Shown: positions 36,654-47,400 of the stretch, piece after piece
How positions within the stretch are numbered: position 1 is the stretch's first letter
How the letters are laid out: each line of letters opens with the position of its first letter
DNA from: Alteromonas sp.
GTDB lineage: Bacteria > Margulisbacteria > Marinamargulisbacteria > UBA6595
DNA length: 64,000 nucleotides
Direction: 5' to 3'
NCBI GenBank assembly: GCA_964220215.1
Contig: CAXPTH010000022.1
Location: forward strand, 194-64,193
The notes under the pieces: model-generated
Told to the model about the DNA's origin: nothing
Databases searched by the model: none
The model's input: the letters and a program-made list of their open reading frames with translations, nothing else
Position numbers and translations under genes: made by a program

Positions 36654-37156
36654 CGCGTTAACTGGGACGGATACCAATCCGGGCCAGCCGGAATTGCCGC
36701 ATCCAAACACGCATCGGCAATGGGTTCAATCCAGGGCATGGTGTACCGAATAATAGCCGAGTTGTGCAAGCCCGGGGTTTCCAGTGCCAACAGGGCGATT
36801 AAACATGGAATCATAATACAAAGCCCTTTAATACTACCCAAAACACCCCCTAGCACACGATTAACCGGCCCTAAGGCGGTTAAATGAATTAAGCGATGCA
36901 ACAGCATCCCCAACCCCATCACAACAGCCAACGCCAGGGCCCAAATCACAATAAAGCCGGCAATCGCTTGATAGGCATCGGGAATGCGAAAGACATGCCC
37001 CAGCTGGGTCCCCAACGCAGTATGGTACCGGCTTGCAATATACAGCCCCCCCAAAATAGCCCCAATATCGGTGCATTGACGCAATCCCCCCCGGCGGATA
37101 CCGAAAACGAAGAAGAATCCCAAAACCCCCAGGAGGATGTAGTCAACGAGGGTCAC
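36650..37156 (-). CDS. cvpA: CvpA-family membrane protein
   Basis: 168 aa, four TM helices, N-terminus D.ILLGVL..F...G.RRG. Confidence 0.75.
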   Translation of the reverse strand: MTLVDYILLGVLGFFFVFGIRRGGLRQCTDIGAILGGLYIASRYHTALGTQLGHVFRIPDAYQAIAGFIVIWALALAVVMGLGMLLHRLIHLTALGPVNRVLGGVLGSIKGLCIMIPCLIALLALETPGLHNSAIIRYTMPWIEPIADACLDAAIPAGPDWYPSQLTR

Positions 37157-37611
37157 GCGTTAAATGTTGCTCGAAATTTTCGCAACGATTCTTTAACCGA
37201 ATCATCATGAATCGCAATCATTTCCATAGCCAAAATAGCGGCGTTTTTGGCTCCGTTAACCGCCACCGTTGCAACAGGAATGCCCGGGGGCATTTGAACA
37301 ATAGACATCAAAGCATCCAAGCCATCAAAGCTGGAACGAATGGGAACCCCAATAACGGGTGTGGTTGTGGTGTAGGCAGCCACCACCCCGGGCAAATGCG
37401 CCGCCATGCCCGCTGCCGCAATAATAACGCTGCTGTTTTCTTCAAAATCAGCCACCAACGCTTTAACTTTGTCTGGGTTTCGATGTGCCGATGCCACATA
37501 CACATCATTGGCAATGCCGTATTCGGTTAAAAATTCACTGGCTTTTTCCATAATGGGCAAGTCAGATTTGGATCCCATAATAATACCAACATGGGGTTTT
37601 TTATGTGTCAT
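37153..37611 (-). CDS. purE: N5-carboxyaminoimidazole ribonucleotide mutase
   Basis: GIIMGSKSD, AAGMAAHLPGVVAA, VIGVP. Confidence 0.93.
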   Translation of the reverse strand: MTHKKPHVGIIMGSKSDLPIMEKASEFLTEYGIANDVYVASAHRNPDKVKALVADFEENSSVIIAAAGMAAHLPGVVAAYTTTTPVIGVPIRSSFDGLDALMSIVQMPPGIPVATVAVNGAKNAAILAMEMIAIHDDSVKESLRKFRATFNA

Positions 37612-37760
37612 GTGTTACTCCTTTATCGTGTTTGATACCGTTATTGGGCCGCTGAACCGTTAATTGAGCGTCCGTAGTTTATAGTATAGCAATAACCCAG
37701 GACGCTCGCCACTCGCCAATTGACTCGATTTGTTGCACATAGGCTGATATACTAAATCCA

Positions 37761-38927
37761 ATGACAACAATACATCAAGCCGGGTTTTTTGGGGATTATG
37801 GGGGGCAGTACATTCCAGAGACGTTGGTGCCGGTTTTATCTGAATTAACGCAGGCCATGGATGCCATTCTCGAAACCCCGGCGTTTCAGCGTGAGTTGGC
37901 CGACTATTACACCCATTACATTGGCCGTCCGTCCCCCCTGTATTTGGCCAAACGCCTCACCGAATGGTGTGGCGGCGCTCAAATTTTTTTCAAACGGGAT
38001 GAGTTAAACCACACCGGCGCGCACAAAATTAACAACTGTGTGGGGCAATTGTTATTGGCCAAACACATGCAAAAAACCCGCATTATTGCGGAAACCGGTG
38101 CCGGCCAACACGGCGTTGCCACCGCCACCGTGTGTGCGTTGTTCGGCTTGCCCTGTGTGGTCTATATGGGGGCTAAAGACATTGAGCGCCAACAGCCCAA
38201 TGTCAGCCGCATGCGCTTATTGGGCGCCGAGATTGTTCCGGTTACGGCCGGTCAAGGCACCCTCAAAGATGCCATGAACGAAGCCATTCGTGACTGGGTC
38301 GCCAATGTAGATACCACCTATTACGCCATTGGCACAGCCGCTGGCCCTCACCCGTACCCCACATTGGTGCGGCATTTTCAGTCCATCATTGGGCAAGAAG
38401 TCAAAACCGCCTTTCAGGCTCAATTCAATGCATTGCCCGATACCCTGGTGGCCTGCTTGGGTGGTGGGTCCAATGCCATTGGCTTGTTTGCGCCATTTTT
38501 GGCGGATACGCAGGTCAACTTGGTGGGTGTTGAGCCCGATGGCGCAGCCCCACTGGCCTATGGAACCCCCGGGGTCTTGCACGGCAATAAAACGTATTTA
38601 TTGCAAGATGAACACGGCCAAATCGCCGACACACAGTCCATTTCAGCGGGTTTAGATTATCCCGGTATTGGGCCTGAACACAGTTATTTGAAAGACACCG
38701 GCCGCGTGACCTACACCACCGTGACCGACGCCGAGGCCCTGGATGCTTTCCAACGCTGTGCCCAGTACGAAGGCATTATTCCCGCACTGGAGCCGGCCCA
38801 TGCCCTAGCCCATGTTTTAGCATTAGCCCCAACCCTACCCCCATCGCACCGCTTGGTGATGAACTTGTGTGGGCGCGGGGACAAGGACCTTGCTGCGGTT
38901 GCCGCCCATTTGGGATGGGCATCATGA
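37761..38927 (+). CDS. trpB: Tryptophan synthase beta chain
   Basis: HTGAHKINN (PLP Lys), [20 protein letters not shown]. Confidence 0.95.
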   Translation: MTTIHQAGFFGDYGGQYIPETLVPVLSELTQAMDAILETPAFQRELADYYTHYIGRPSPLYLAKRLTEWCGGAQIFFKRDELNHTGAHKINNCVGQLLLAKHMQKTRIIAETGAGQHGVATATVCALFGLPCVVYMGAKDIERQQPNVSRMRLLGAEIVPVTAGQGTLKDAMNEAIRDWVANVDTTYYAIGTAAGPHPYPTLVRHFQSIIGQEVKTAFQAQFNALPDTLVACLGGGSNAIGLFAPFLADTQVNLVGVEPDGAAPLAYGTPGVLHGNKTYLLQDEHGQIADTQSISAGLDYPGIGPEHSYLKDTGRVTYTTVTDAEALDAFQRCAQYEGIIPALEPAHALAHVLALAPTLPPSHRLVMNLCGRGDKDLAAVAAHLGWAS

Positions 38928-39688
38928 GCACCCGCATTGAAACGGTGTTCCGTCTACAACGAAAGTGTGTGATTCCCTTTATCACGGCCAACTTTCCCTC
39001 CCGAGACAAGTTTTTAGACATTCTGCACCAATTACCGGATTATGGGGCGAGCATGATCGAAATAGGCATTCCATTTTCAGATCCAATGGCCGATGGCCCC
39101 GTCGTTCAAGCCACCAGTTTTCAGGCCATTCAAACGGGGTTTTCAATTAAAACACTCTTGGCGGACATCCAAGATTTTCGCCAACAACACCCCCACATTC
39201 CCGTCATTCTCATGACCTACACCAACCCCATACTCCAGTACGGGGATACCCGCTTTTATCGCGAGGCCGAAGCGGCTGGTGTTGATGGGGTCTTGGTTGT
39301 TGATCGGGTGAGTCAGGGGTGGGCGGTGCCTGGATCGGTTGCCGATATTCGGCTGATTGCGCCAACGACACACCCGGATCGGTTTCACCACATCCAAGAC
39401 GAGGCGAGTGGGTTTTTGTATTATGTGTCCGTCACCGGCGTGACGGGCACCCAAACGCCGGATCCAGCGCCTATTGCTGCGCATCTGGACACCTTGACTC
39501 CCAAGCGATTGCCCGTGGTGATTGGGTTTGGGATTCAATCGGTTGAGTTGGCTGTATCCATGGCGGCCTTGGCCGATGGCGTTGTGGTGGGGTCTAGTTT
39601 TTTAAAGCCGTTGTTAACCGACTCGGGGCCAACAAGTGTACGCCAACAGCTCCAGTATATTCAGTCCATTGCGACGGCAATCGCGTGA
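38924..39688 (+). CDS. trpA: Tryptophan synthase alpha chain
   Basis: Start at the ATG at 38924 overlapping the trpB TGA (ATGA). [16 protein letters not shown]; [13 protein letters not shown]. Confidence 0.92.
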   Translation: MSTRIETVFRLQRKCVIPFITANFPSRDKFLDILHQLPDYGASMIEIGIPFSDPMADGPVVQATSFQAIQTGFSIKTLLADIQDFRQQHPHIPVILMTYTNPILQYGDTRFYREAEAAGVDGVLVVDRVSQGWAVPGSVADIRLIAPTTHPDRFHHIQDEASGFLYYVSVTGVTGTQTPDPAPIAAHLDTLTPKRLPVVIGFGIQSVELAVSMAALADGVVVGSSFLKPLLTDSGPTSVRQQLQYIQSIATAIA

Positions 39689-39694
39689 TGCTGT

Positions 39695-39723
39695 TTGACA
39701 AAATTGGTTATTTTTGATAGAAT
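39695..39723 (+). promoter_or_regulatory. Near-consensus sigma70 promoter for infC-rpmI-rplT
   Basis: TTGACA (39695..39700), 17-nt spacer, TAGAAT (39718..39723). Confidence 0.6.
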
Positions 39724-39746
39724 TTCACCTATCTGGAGGACATGCG

Positions 39747-40289
39747 ATAAAAAAACAAGGTAAAGAACAGCACAGTATTAACGATCAGATTGTACACAGA
39801 GAGGTGCGGCTTATCGATAAAGCTGGGAAGCAGTTGGGTGTATTTCCAATTGAGCAAGCCAAACGCATGGCCAAAGACGCAGGATTAGACTTGGTGTTGG
39901 TTGCCGATAAAGCAACGCCGGTTATCTGCAAGCTCATTGATTATGGTCAGTTTCGGTACGAGTCCCGAAAAAAACGCAGCCAAAGCAAAGTGGTCAAAGA
40001 CGTGCTAAAAGAAGTGAAAGTCAGCTGTAAGATTGCCGATGGCGATTACAAAGTTCGACTCAAGCGCGCGCATGACTTTTTAGCCAAAGGATACAAAGTG
40101 AAAGTCTCATTATTTTTCCGGGGTCGGGAGATTGTTCACGCCGATTTGGGTGTAAAAGTGATGGAACGCTTTGTGGAAGATAGTGTTGACTATGGAAAAC
40201 CCTTGTCAAATGATATAAAATTATCAGGTAGGAACTTAAGTGTGGTGTTGGCCCCACAGAAAAAAGTGGTTGGCAAACCACAGCAGTAG
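39747..40289 (+). CDS. infC: Translation initiation factor IF-3, apparent ATA start
   Basis: INDQIVHREVRLIDKAGKQLGV...DLVLV...PVICKLIDYGQFRYE. GGAGGA (39735..39740) lies 6 nt before the in-frame ATA at 39747. The track's TTG at 39714 lies inside the promoter. Confidence 0.85.
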   Translation: MKKQGKEQHSINDQIVHREVRLIDKAGKQLGVFPIEQAKRMAKDAGLDLVLVADKATPVICKLIDYGQFRYESRKKRSQSKVVKDVLKEVKVSCKIADGDYKVRLKRAHDFLAKGYKVKVSLFFRGREIVHADLGVKVMERFVEDSVDYGKPLSNDIKLSGRNLSVVLAPQKKVVGKPQQ

Positions 40290-40321
40290 CAAGTGTAGTA
40301 ATTAAAAAAGGAATTGGTAAT

Positions 40322-40531
40322 ATGGCAAACAAACAAAAAACAAATCGATCCGCATTAAAGCGATTTAAATTGAAAAAAAAGAAAAACGGTGGCATTTCCT
40401 TGGTTCGCAACAAGGTGGGCCGTCGGCATATGATGCGCAATAAAACGAAAAAAGTAAAACGACAAGGGCGAGCCGCAATGGAAGTGGTGAGCTCAGACGT
40501 CAAAAAAGTGGCGTTGTTGTTGAATTTATAG
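40322..40531 (+). CDS. rpmI: 50S ribosomal protein L35
   Basis: 69 aa, highly basic, ...[10 protein letters not shown]...[10 protein letters not shown].... Confidence 0.9.
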   Translation: MANKQKTNRSALKRFKLKKKKNGGISLVRNKVGRRHMMRNKTKKVKRQGRAAMEVVSSDVKKVALLLNL

Positions 40532-40544
40532 AAGGAGATATACA

Positions 40545-40892
40545 ATGGCACGAACAAAACGCGGCAATGTCGCACGAAAACGACGAAAAAAAATATTAGC
40601 CCAGACGAAAGGGTTTCGAGGTGGGCTGTCTAAGCTGATTCGACCAGCAAAACAAGCCTTATTGCATGCGTTAAGCAACCAATATCGGGACCGTCGAAAA
40701 CGAAAAACTCAATTTCGACAACTGTGGATTGGCCGCATTAAAGCGGGCTTGCGTCAGCATAATGTGTCCTATTCTGTGTTTATCGGACAGTTGGGCAAAC
40801 ACAACATCGGGGTTAATCGAAAAATGTTAGCGGAATTGGCGGTCAATGACCCTACCGTATTTGATGCGGTGGTGGCCGAAGCCCAAGCATGA
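40545..40892 (+). CDS. rplT: 50S ribosomal protein L20
   Basis: [18 protein letters not shown]...GFRG... Confidence 0.95.
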   Translation: MARTKRGNVARKRRKKILAQTKGFRGGLSKLIRPAKQALLHALSNQYRDRRKRKTQFRQLWIGRIKAGLRQHNVSYSVFIGQLGKHNIGVNRKMLAELAVNDPTVFDAVVAEAQA

Positions 40893-41377
40893 TTGAGTTG
40901 CAAGTGGGTGGCTTGGGGTTTGACCCCAAAAGTATGTCACCCATTGTTCTCTTGCGGGATCAAGAAGAACGCAATTTTTTGCCTATTTGGATTGGCATGT
41001 TTGAGGCAGCCGCAATTGCCATGGAGTTGCAGAGTTTTAAAACACCCCGACCCATGACCCACGACTTGTTGGCCAATACGATTAAGACGTTGGGCGCTGA
41101 AGCTGAAAAAGTGGTGATTACCCATATCGTGGAGAACACATTTTATTCTGAAATTAGCCTGATTAAAGATGGCAAGGTTCTCGTGTTGGATTCTCGGCCC
41201 AGTGATTCAATTGCGATTGCCGTTCGGCTGGATATCCCCATTTATGTATCCGAGTCGGTGATGAGTACCGCTAAGATGGTGAATGTTGAAAAAGACGAAA
41301 AAGAAGCCCAAAAATTCAAAGACTTTATCGATAATATTAATCCAGACGACTTTAAAAAGCACCTCGGAAACGATTAA
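40889..41377 (+). CDS. Bifunctional nuclease family (DUF151) protein
   Basis: [31 protein letters not shown]...RPMTHDLL...VVI; 162 aa; coupled to rplT by a 4-nt overlap. Confidence 0.7.
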   Translation: MIELQVGGLGFDPKSMSPIVLLRDQEERNFLPIWIGMFEAAAIAMELQSFKTPRPMTHDLLANTIKTLGAEAEKVVITHIVENTFYSEISLIKDGKVLVLDSRPSDSIAIAVRLDIPIYVSESVMSTAKMVNVEKDEKEAQKFKDFIDNINPDDFKKHLGND

Positions 41378-41440
41378 GATACACTTTTTTTAATTGTTTT
41401 TACGATAAATAATATGTAAGTTGTTTAATGCGCCCCGGTT

Positions 41441-44400
41441 ATGGGGAATATTACTTTGTATGAAGTACTATCAGGAGGTGCGGTGACTCAGTTTATTGAC
41501 AACGCTATTGTAGAGCGATCGGATGATTGGGCCTACCAGTCGGTGGATCAGATTATTCAGCAATCGCTATCGGTGATTCAAGATCCCGATGAGGGGGCAT
41601 CCGTTCAGGGGGTGTCGTCTGTGGATACGGCTCGGGTATCGAGCGAGTCGCCGTCTCCGGATGACCCGGTGGCAGACACACGGGTGTGGCGCAGCTTTAT
41701 TTTGGATACCATTCAACGGACGGTCACCGAGTTGGGGCAGGCGTATGGGGTTGACACGGCATCGGTGGACCATATTCAACGCGTATTGGCAGACACGCGC
41801 AGCTTGGACCAGGTTCAGATCTTGGCGGAGTGGTCGCCGGACATGTCGGATCGGGTTGAAGCGACGATTGTTCGGGCAACCCAGCGAGCGCTGCTGGACC
41901 ATCGCTTGGCGGCGTTGGGTATTGTGCCGTATACGGCGCCACCATCGGCGTCGGCGGTCTTGTATCCGAGCGGGTTGGTTCCGCTTCCAGTATCGGCGGT
42001 GTCGGTGCCCATGGAATCGGTGGATACGGCGGTGCTTCAACTGGCTCGGGAAGCGGCGCAATCGGTATCGGGCCCCTTGGCGTTGGCGGATTGGATTGCC
42101 CTCGCCCAATCAATATCGAGTGGTTTGTCTGTGGTGGATGCTCCGGAGTATTGCCAATCAATTGCGGTGATGCTGGGTGTGACTGCGGCTGGCGAGTCGG
42201 TGCAGGGCATTGTATTTCCGGATGCGGATGGGGTGCAGCGGATGATCACATCCGTTAATTTGGTGGATTTGGATGCCCCGATTGAATCGGTGCATGCGTC
42301 GGAGATTCGGCCTGCGATACTTCGCTATTCGGATACGGCGATGGTGGTGGACGGGCCCATTCCGGGGCTGGGTGTTCGGATGCTGGATCGGGCCCCGATT
42401 GTGCCTGAAGCCATTGCGGTGGATGCGGGTCGGTTGGGTCAGGTGATTGCCACGGAGCAAACCCAAGGGCGAAACCCCATGACCTTTATTGATCCGGATG
42501 CTGCGGTGGTTGTGGATCTTGTTAACGATTGGCAGGCATCGGGGTATGTCCAGGCCGGGATGACCGAGTCCGAGATTATGACTGCAGTACATCGGTATGT
42601 GGCGGATCGGATTGCGTATCAATCGGATGTGGGGGACCAGTGGCAAACGGTTGAGCAGACGCTGGCTCGGGGTGCGGGTGACTGTGAAGACATGGCTATT
42701 TTGGTGGCATCGCTGGCTGCCCGGGCGTTGCATGCGGTAGGTATGAATGATCTGGCCGAAACGGTCCGGCTCGAAGCGGGGTTGATGGCGGATGGCGCGG
42801 TGGGGCATATGGTCGCCCGTGTGGGCGAGCAGTGGGTGGTGGACGCCACACAGTCGGTGGCGATTCAGGATCGCACGGCAGTCGCCATGGATAGCGTGTA
42901 TGTGCTGGGTATGAACGGCGTTCAACAAACGGGACGGTTGGATCAAGTGGCGCGGCTGAAACGGGTGGGGACAGCGGGGAGAGAAGCCGATTATTTAGAA
43001 TTTAGAAAGACAGATGATTCTAATAATTTAGCCATCTCCGGTGCTCAAACATGGACTATGACCCACTCTTGGTACGGTGGATCTTGGAGTTATAATTCAG
43101 GTTCATTTTCAGATACAACAAAATGGAATGCGATTATAGCCGCATTAAATACCAATACGGGAAGCATAGAACAAAGATTGGAATCTGTTAGATGGACCAC
43201 AACGCAAAGGATACATACAGATTCATACATGTCTTGGGACCGACGCGATGATAAATCTGGTGATTATGAAAATTCTATACGTGACAATGCTAATAATGGC
43301 GATAGTGGTAGTATCTTTCAAGGATCCAATCAGCGTCTTTACGGTCTTCACTCTTATGATGTTTATAGACATGGGGGTGCGCAGCCTTATAGTTTTGGGG
43401 ACACTTCGCGTGATTGGAGAGATCATTACGATATAACACTTGGTCATATGCTAACGACTACTGAAATCAATCATCTGGCAAATATTATTCGAGAACAACC
43501 CTCCCAAGGGGAAATTGACCGACGGTATGCTATTGCTAATTCAATACGTGGTTACCAAGACTTGGCATCTGATTTGTTTGGTTATTTTTATGGTTTTTGG
43601 TTAGGATCCGAAGATGACGTTATTTTTAATTCCGGTGTTAGTGCATTTATTTCAAATTTTGCTGATATTACCAAAGATACTGAACGGTTATTAAACATAG
43701 GATTCATAAGCCCAAACCAAATAGACGCTATAGACGCTATAAACTATATTTTTGGGAAAGATACTAGCAATTCTAATTCTATTGACGATGTCGCTAATTT
43801 TTCTGGTACTACACAAACACTTACTTCTGTTCAAACAACTGATGTTGATAACGCAGTATCAAAATTCGCCGATAATAATGAGAATTTTAAAAAAATTTTA
43901 AAATTCTCACTTTCGAATTCCGGTCCAATTACTCCAGGTAATGTATCTGAACCTGTTACTCAAGAGCAAAAAATTCTAAAGGCTACAAATAATATTAAGA
44001 ACGCCGTTGAGCGTGCAAAAAACATTTATAATAAACTGTATGGCTCAGGCTTATCTATCAACGTAGGCGACCTACAAGACTACCTTGTGGGGGCATGGAT
44101 TGAAGGCGTTGATTACACTTATAATCCGTATGAGATTCTGGACTTACTAACACGAAATAGGGTTGATAATCCAGAAAATTATGCGAAGTTTTCAGCGCAT
44201 TACGTGACAGTCGGTACTTTAAATAGCTCGAGGTTGACCAAATACACTAATATAAGAGAGGACTTAAATAAGAGCTATGATACTAATAATAAAAATGACT
44301 TAGATTCATTAGCTAGAGCGGTTCAAAATGCAGATGATAGTTATGTTGCCATCCTGAACGAGTATTTCAATTTAACCCTCGCAAACGTTTTGGTAGCAGT

Positions 44401-47400
44401 CAATGACCAAATGTCGGATACCGAAAAATTATCCACAATGCTACACAACATCCAAAAATTACGTCAACAACAAGGACTCTCATTGGAACAAGCCCGAAAT
44501 TTGTGGTTCCTTATTTATAGTAATGAGCTTGGAGTACAAAACTACTACGGAAGCTACATCGCCACCCACATTGACCGAGACCCCATTAAATTCTTTTTTG
44601 AAAAGCTAACTAGAAATGACAATGGCACGTTTGATTTTTCAAGAGCACAAACAGAAACTCAGATTGCTCAAGCGCTTTACGAAACAAACACCCCCCCCCC
44701 TCTTTTTAGTTTTAGCGGTTATTTTAATGCCAATAGCGATTGGGAGGACACTATAAGTGGTATCAATTCTACTGACATCAGTGTTCGACTTACAGCCAGC
44801 CGTAATCTATATAATTTATTAAAGCAAAAAGATAATGATGATGCCCTATCAATCAAAATATTAACGTATATTTTGTTGAAAACAGATGGCAATACAGCTC
44901 AGTTTTTGCCTTCGTTGGAGGCTGATTACAAACAAGCTGCTTTTTATGTTGTTGATGCGGTTCTTGAGAATGATTCAAATGTTGAGATAGATACGATTCT
45001 CGGTCACGTTAAAAGTAGCATTAATGACTATGTCTTCCCAGACCTACAAGACGGCAAAAATTTCGCAGATTTTATGGGTGAATATAAAACAGCAAAACGA
45101 GCATCCTTTCCAGTTGAATTGACTAATCTGTCTTGGCATAATGATGTTGATTTTCCCAATTCACTGGGAAATCTAGCCACTTCATTTACATTTCAAGACT
45201 ACGTTGGAGCCGCAGGTTTTGATGGAGGGGACAATAATTGGCGTTATGGAGAAGGTCCTAGTGGTATTACTATTTCAATTAATAACCCTCAACGAATACA
45301 AACTAATCAGCAGGCCTGGGACAGGTTTAAAACGCATGTAAGTAATTATGATCCTTCTGTTGATCTATCTGCTCACTTAAGGGGCTTTAGGTGGTCTGGT
45401 GGATTAGAATTAGTAGGGACACATAATGATGGAACCGGTGGTTCGGCGAGTGACCTTGATAGCGCATTTAATGATCAATTGTCTGGAAGTAATAATGGTA
45501 TAGTTGGTGCTGAGCATAGAATCGCACGGATACCCGAACTCGACCCATTTGGTGTCGGATTTGATACCTACATTTCTAGAACTATTCAGTACTGTTTAAC
45601 AGAGGCTGAGATAGATTATTTTAAAAATCTTATTCAAATATATGATGGTAATATTTTTGAATCTGGAGTTGAATCATCGGACATTAGCAACTATTTAAAC
45701 AGTGTTGTTTCAGGTAGCAGTGTTGTTTCAGGTACAGGTATCCCCAAAGCTCAATTCGCCTCTTCCGGAACGGCCTTTTTGAGCGATGATGTTATTGATA
45801 GTTTGGATTTTTATGATCGGAATAGAGCAACACAAATTGACAGCAGCTTAATTGAAAGGTTTACCAACCTACCACTGCAATTGTTTACATATAATAATGG
45901 TAATGACTTATACACGTTAACAGATGAAGGCAAAATATTTGGTGCAGCACTAAACGCTGCAGAGGGGGCTAATCCTAGCTTTGATTTTAAAATCATCAAT
46001 AAAACTGCTAGTGAATGGCGTCAGGTAGATCTCGAACATGATTTACATGATTTAGACAGAATCTTTTTTAACAAGCATTTTTTTATTATTAATGACAAAA
46101 TTATTCAAAAAAAAGAGATAACCGCTAATAGTTTGATAGGTGTTAGTCCCGCAGTAAAAAGTTTTTTTACAGAACAGCTAACCACAGAAAATGTTTTTGG
46201 AACAGATCAAAAAGCCCATTTTATAGCCGCGTATAACGCCACTAAAGGGGATCTATTAATTAAACAAAATGTGACTGATGAACAAATTCAAATTTTTAAA
46301 AATCACCTTAAAACCAGAAGTTTAGTCCCTAGCAAAGTGATAAGCATACTCCAGCCGACAGCCGCTCAACTACAAGCTAGCTTGGACACGTCGTGGGATC
46401 AATTGAATGCTCAAAGATTGATTACTGTTCAAGCAAACGGAGCATTTTCTAATGCTATTTTGATCGCAGATCTTAGCAGTCAACTGGATAATATCGATCA
46501 AGGCCAAATCACGGCAAGCAGTTTTTCAATGATTGGAGACGGGAGTCTGGGGGGTGAAATTATTAGTTTTTTGAAAGGACAAAATTATGTATCAGACGAA
46601 GGCTATGTCGAAGATAAGTTTGATTCTGATATTCCAATTAATTATGATGGACTAACTGCTAGCTTATCAGATGACCAGAAATCGGTAATTCATCGCATAT
46701 TCATTTTGGCGAAAACAAAAAAAGCGTATTGGGATAGTGTTAATGAATTAAATGTTCGGTATGGTACAGCACGTAGAAGCCATGGTGAAGCAATTTCTGC
46801 CATAAGAGATGAAGATTCTGACATGTTAGGTAGATACACCACAGCAATAACTGACATCAAGAATTGCCAAACTGAAATAAATAGGCTTCAACGTGAAATC
46901 TATGATGATATGCTTGAAGTCGTTAATTCATTGACGAGAGAACCTTCCCTTTACCTCGGGGATATCGACAGTAACATTGATACTTGGTCATCACAAGACA
47001 TTAGTGAATTGCGGAGGTATTATCTAGGTTATATTAATAGCGATGTAAATGGTTTGGAATTAGGATTCAGTACAGAAAAACTGAAGGTAGATATGTTGGG
47101 TATCATTAGTGATGCTGGGCTAGTGGCAGCCAGTCAAGAGCCTGGGCAATTGAGTCTGGATGAGGGCACGTATATATACGACTATCGTATAAGCAGTGGT
47201 CCACCAAAATTTGAATCTAAAAATTTTAGACAGATTGTTGAGAAATTAGGTGAGATGGAGATTTTGGGCAATAACGAGTCGATTCCTAATAATTTTGAAT
47301 ACACAGAGCAAGATATAAGTACTATAGCCAATATAGAAGGTATAGCTAGTATAGACAATTTGGATGGCAATTTGGATGACTATGATTTTAAGTATATAAA

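Noticed and set aside
37612-37760. Trp attenuator or T-box leader upstream of trpB
   Set aside because: There is no leader peptide with tandem Trp codons, no T-box specifier/antiterminator pattern and no terminator hairpin with a T tract. Only a single long-loop inverted repeat is present.
39714-39746. TTG at 39714 as the infC start (ORF track)
   Set aside because: It lies between the -35 and -10 elements of the best promoter and has no SD. The SD-spaced ATA at 39747 fits better.
40060-40575. 171-aa minus-strand ORF
   Set aside because: It is antisense to infC, rpmI and the rplT start, all of which have unambiguous ribosomal or IF-3 translations.
41567-42946. ORFs of 145-262 aa overlapping the head of the giant gene on both strands
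   Set aside because: These Arg/Pro/His-rich shadow frames are confined to the GC-rich head. The main frame continues for 4593 codons and contains the transglutaminase-like core.
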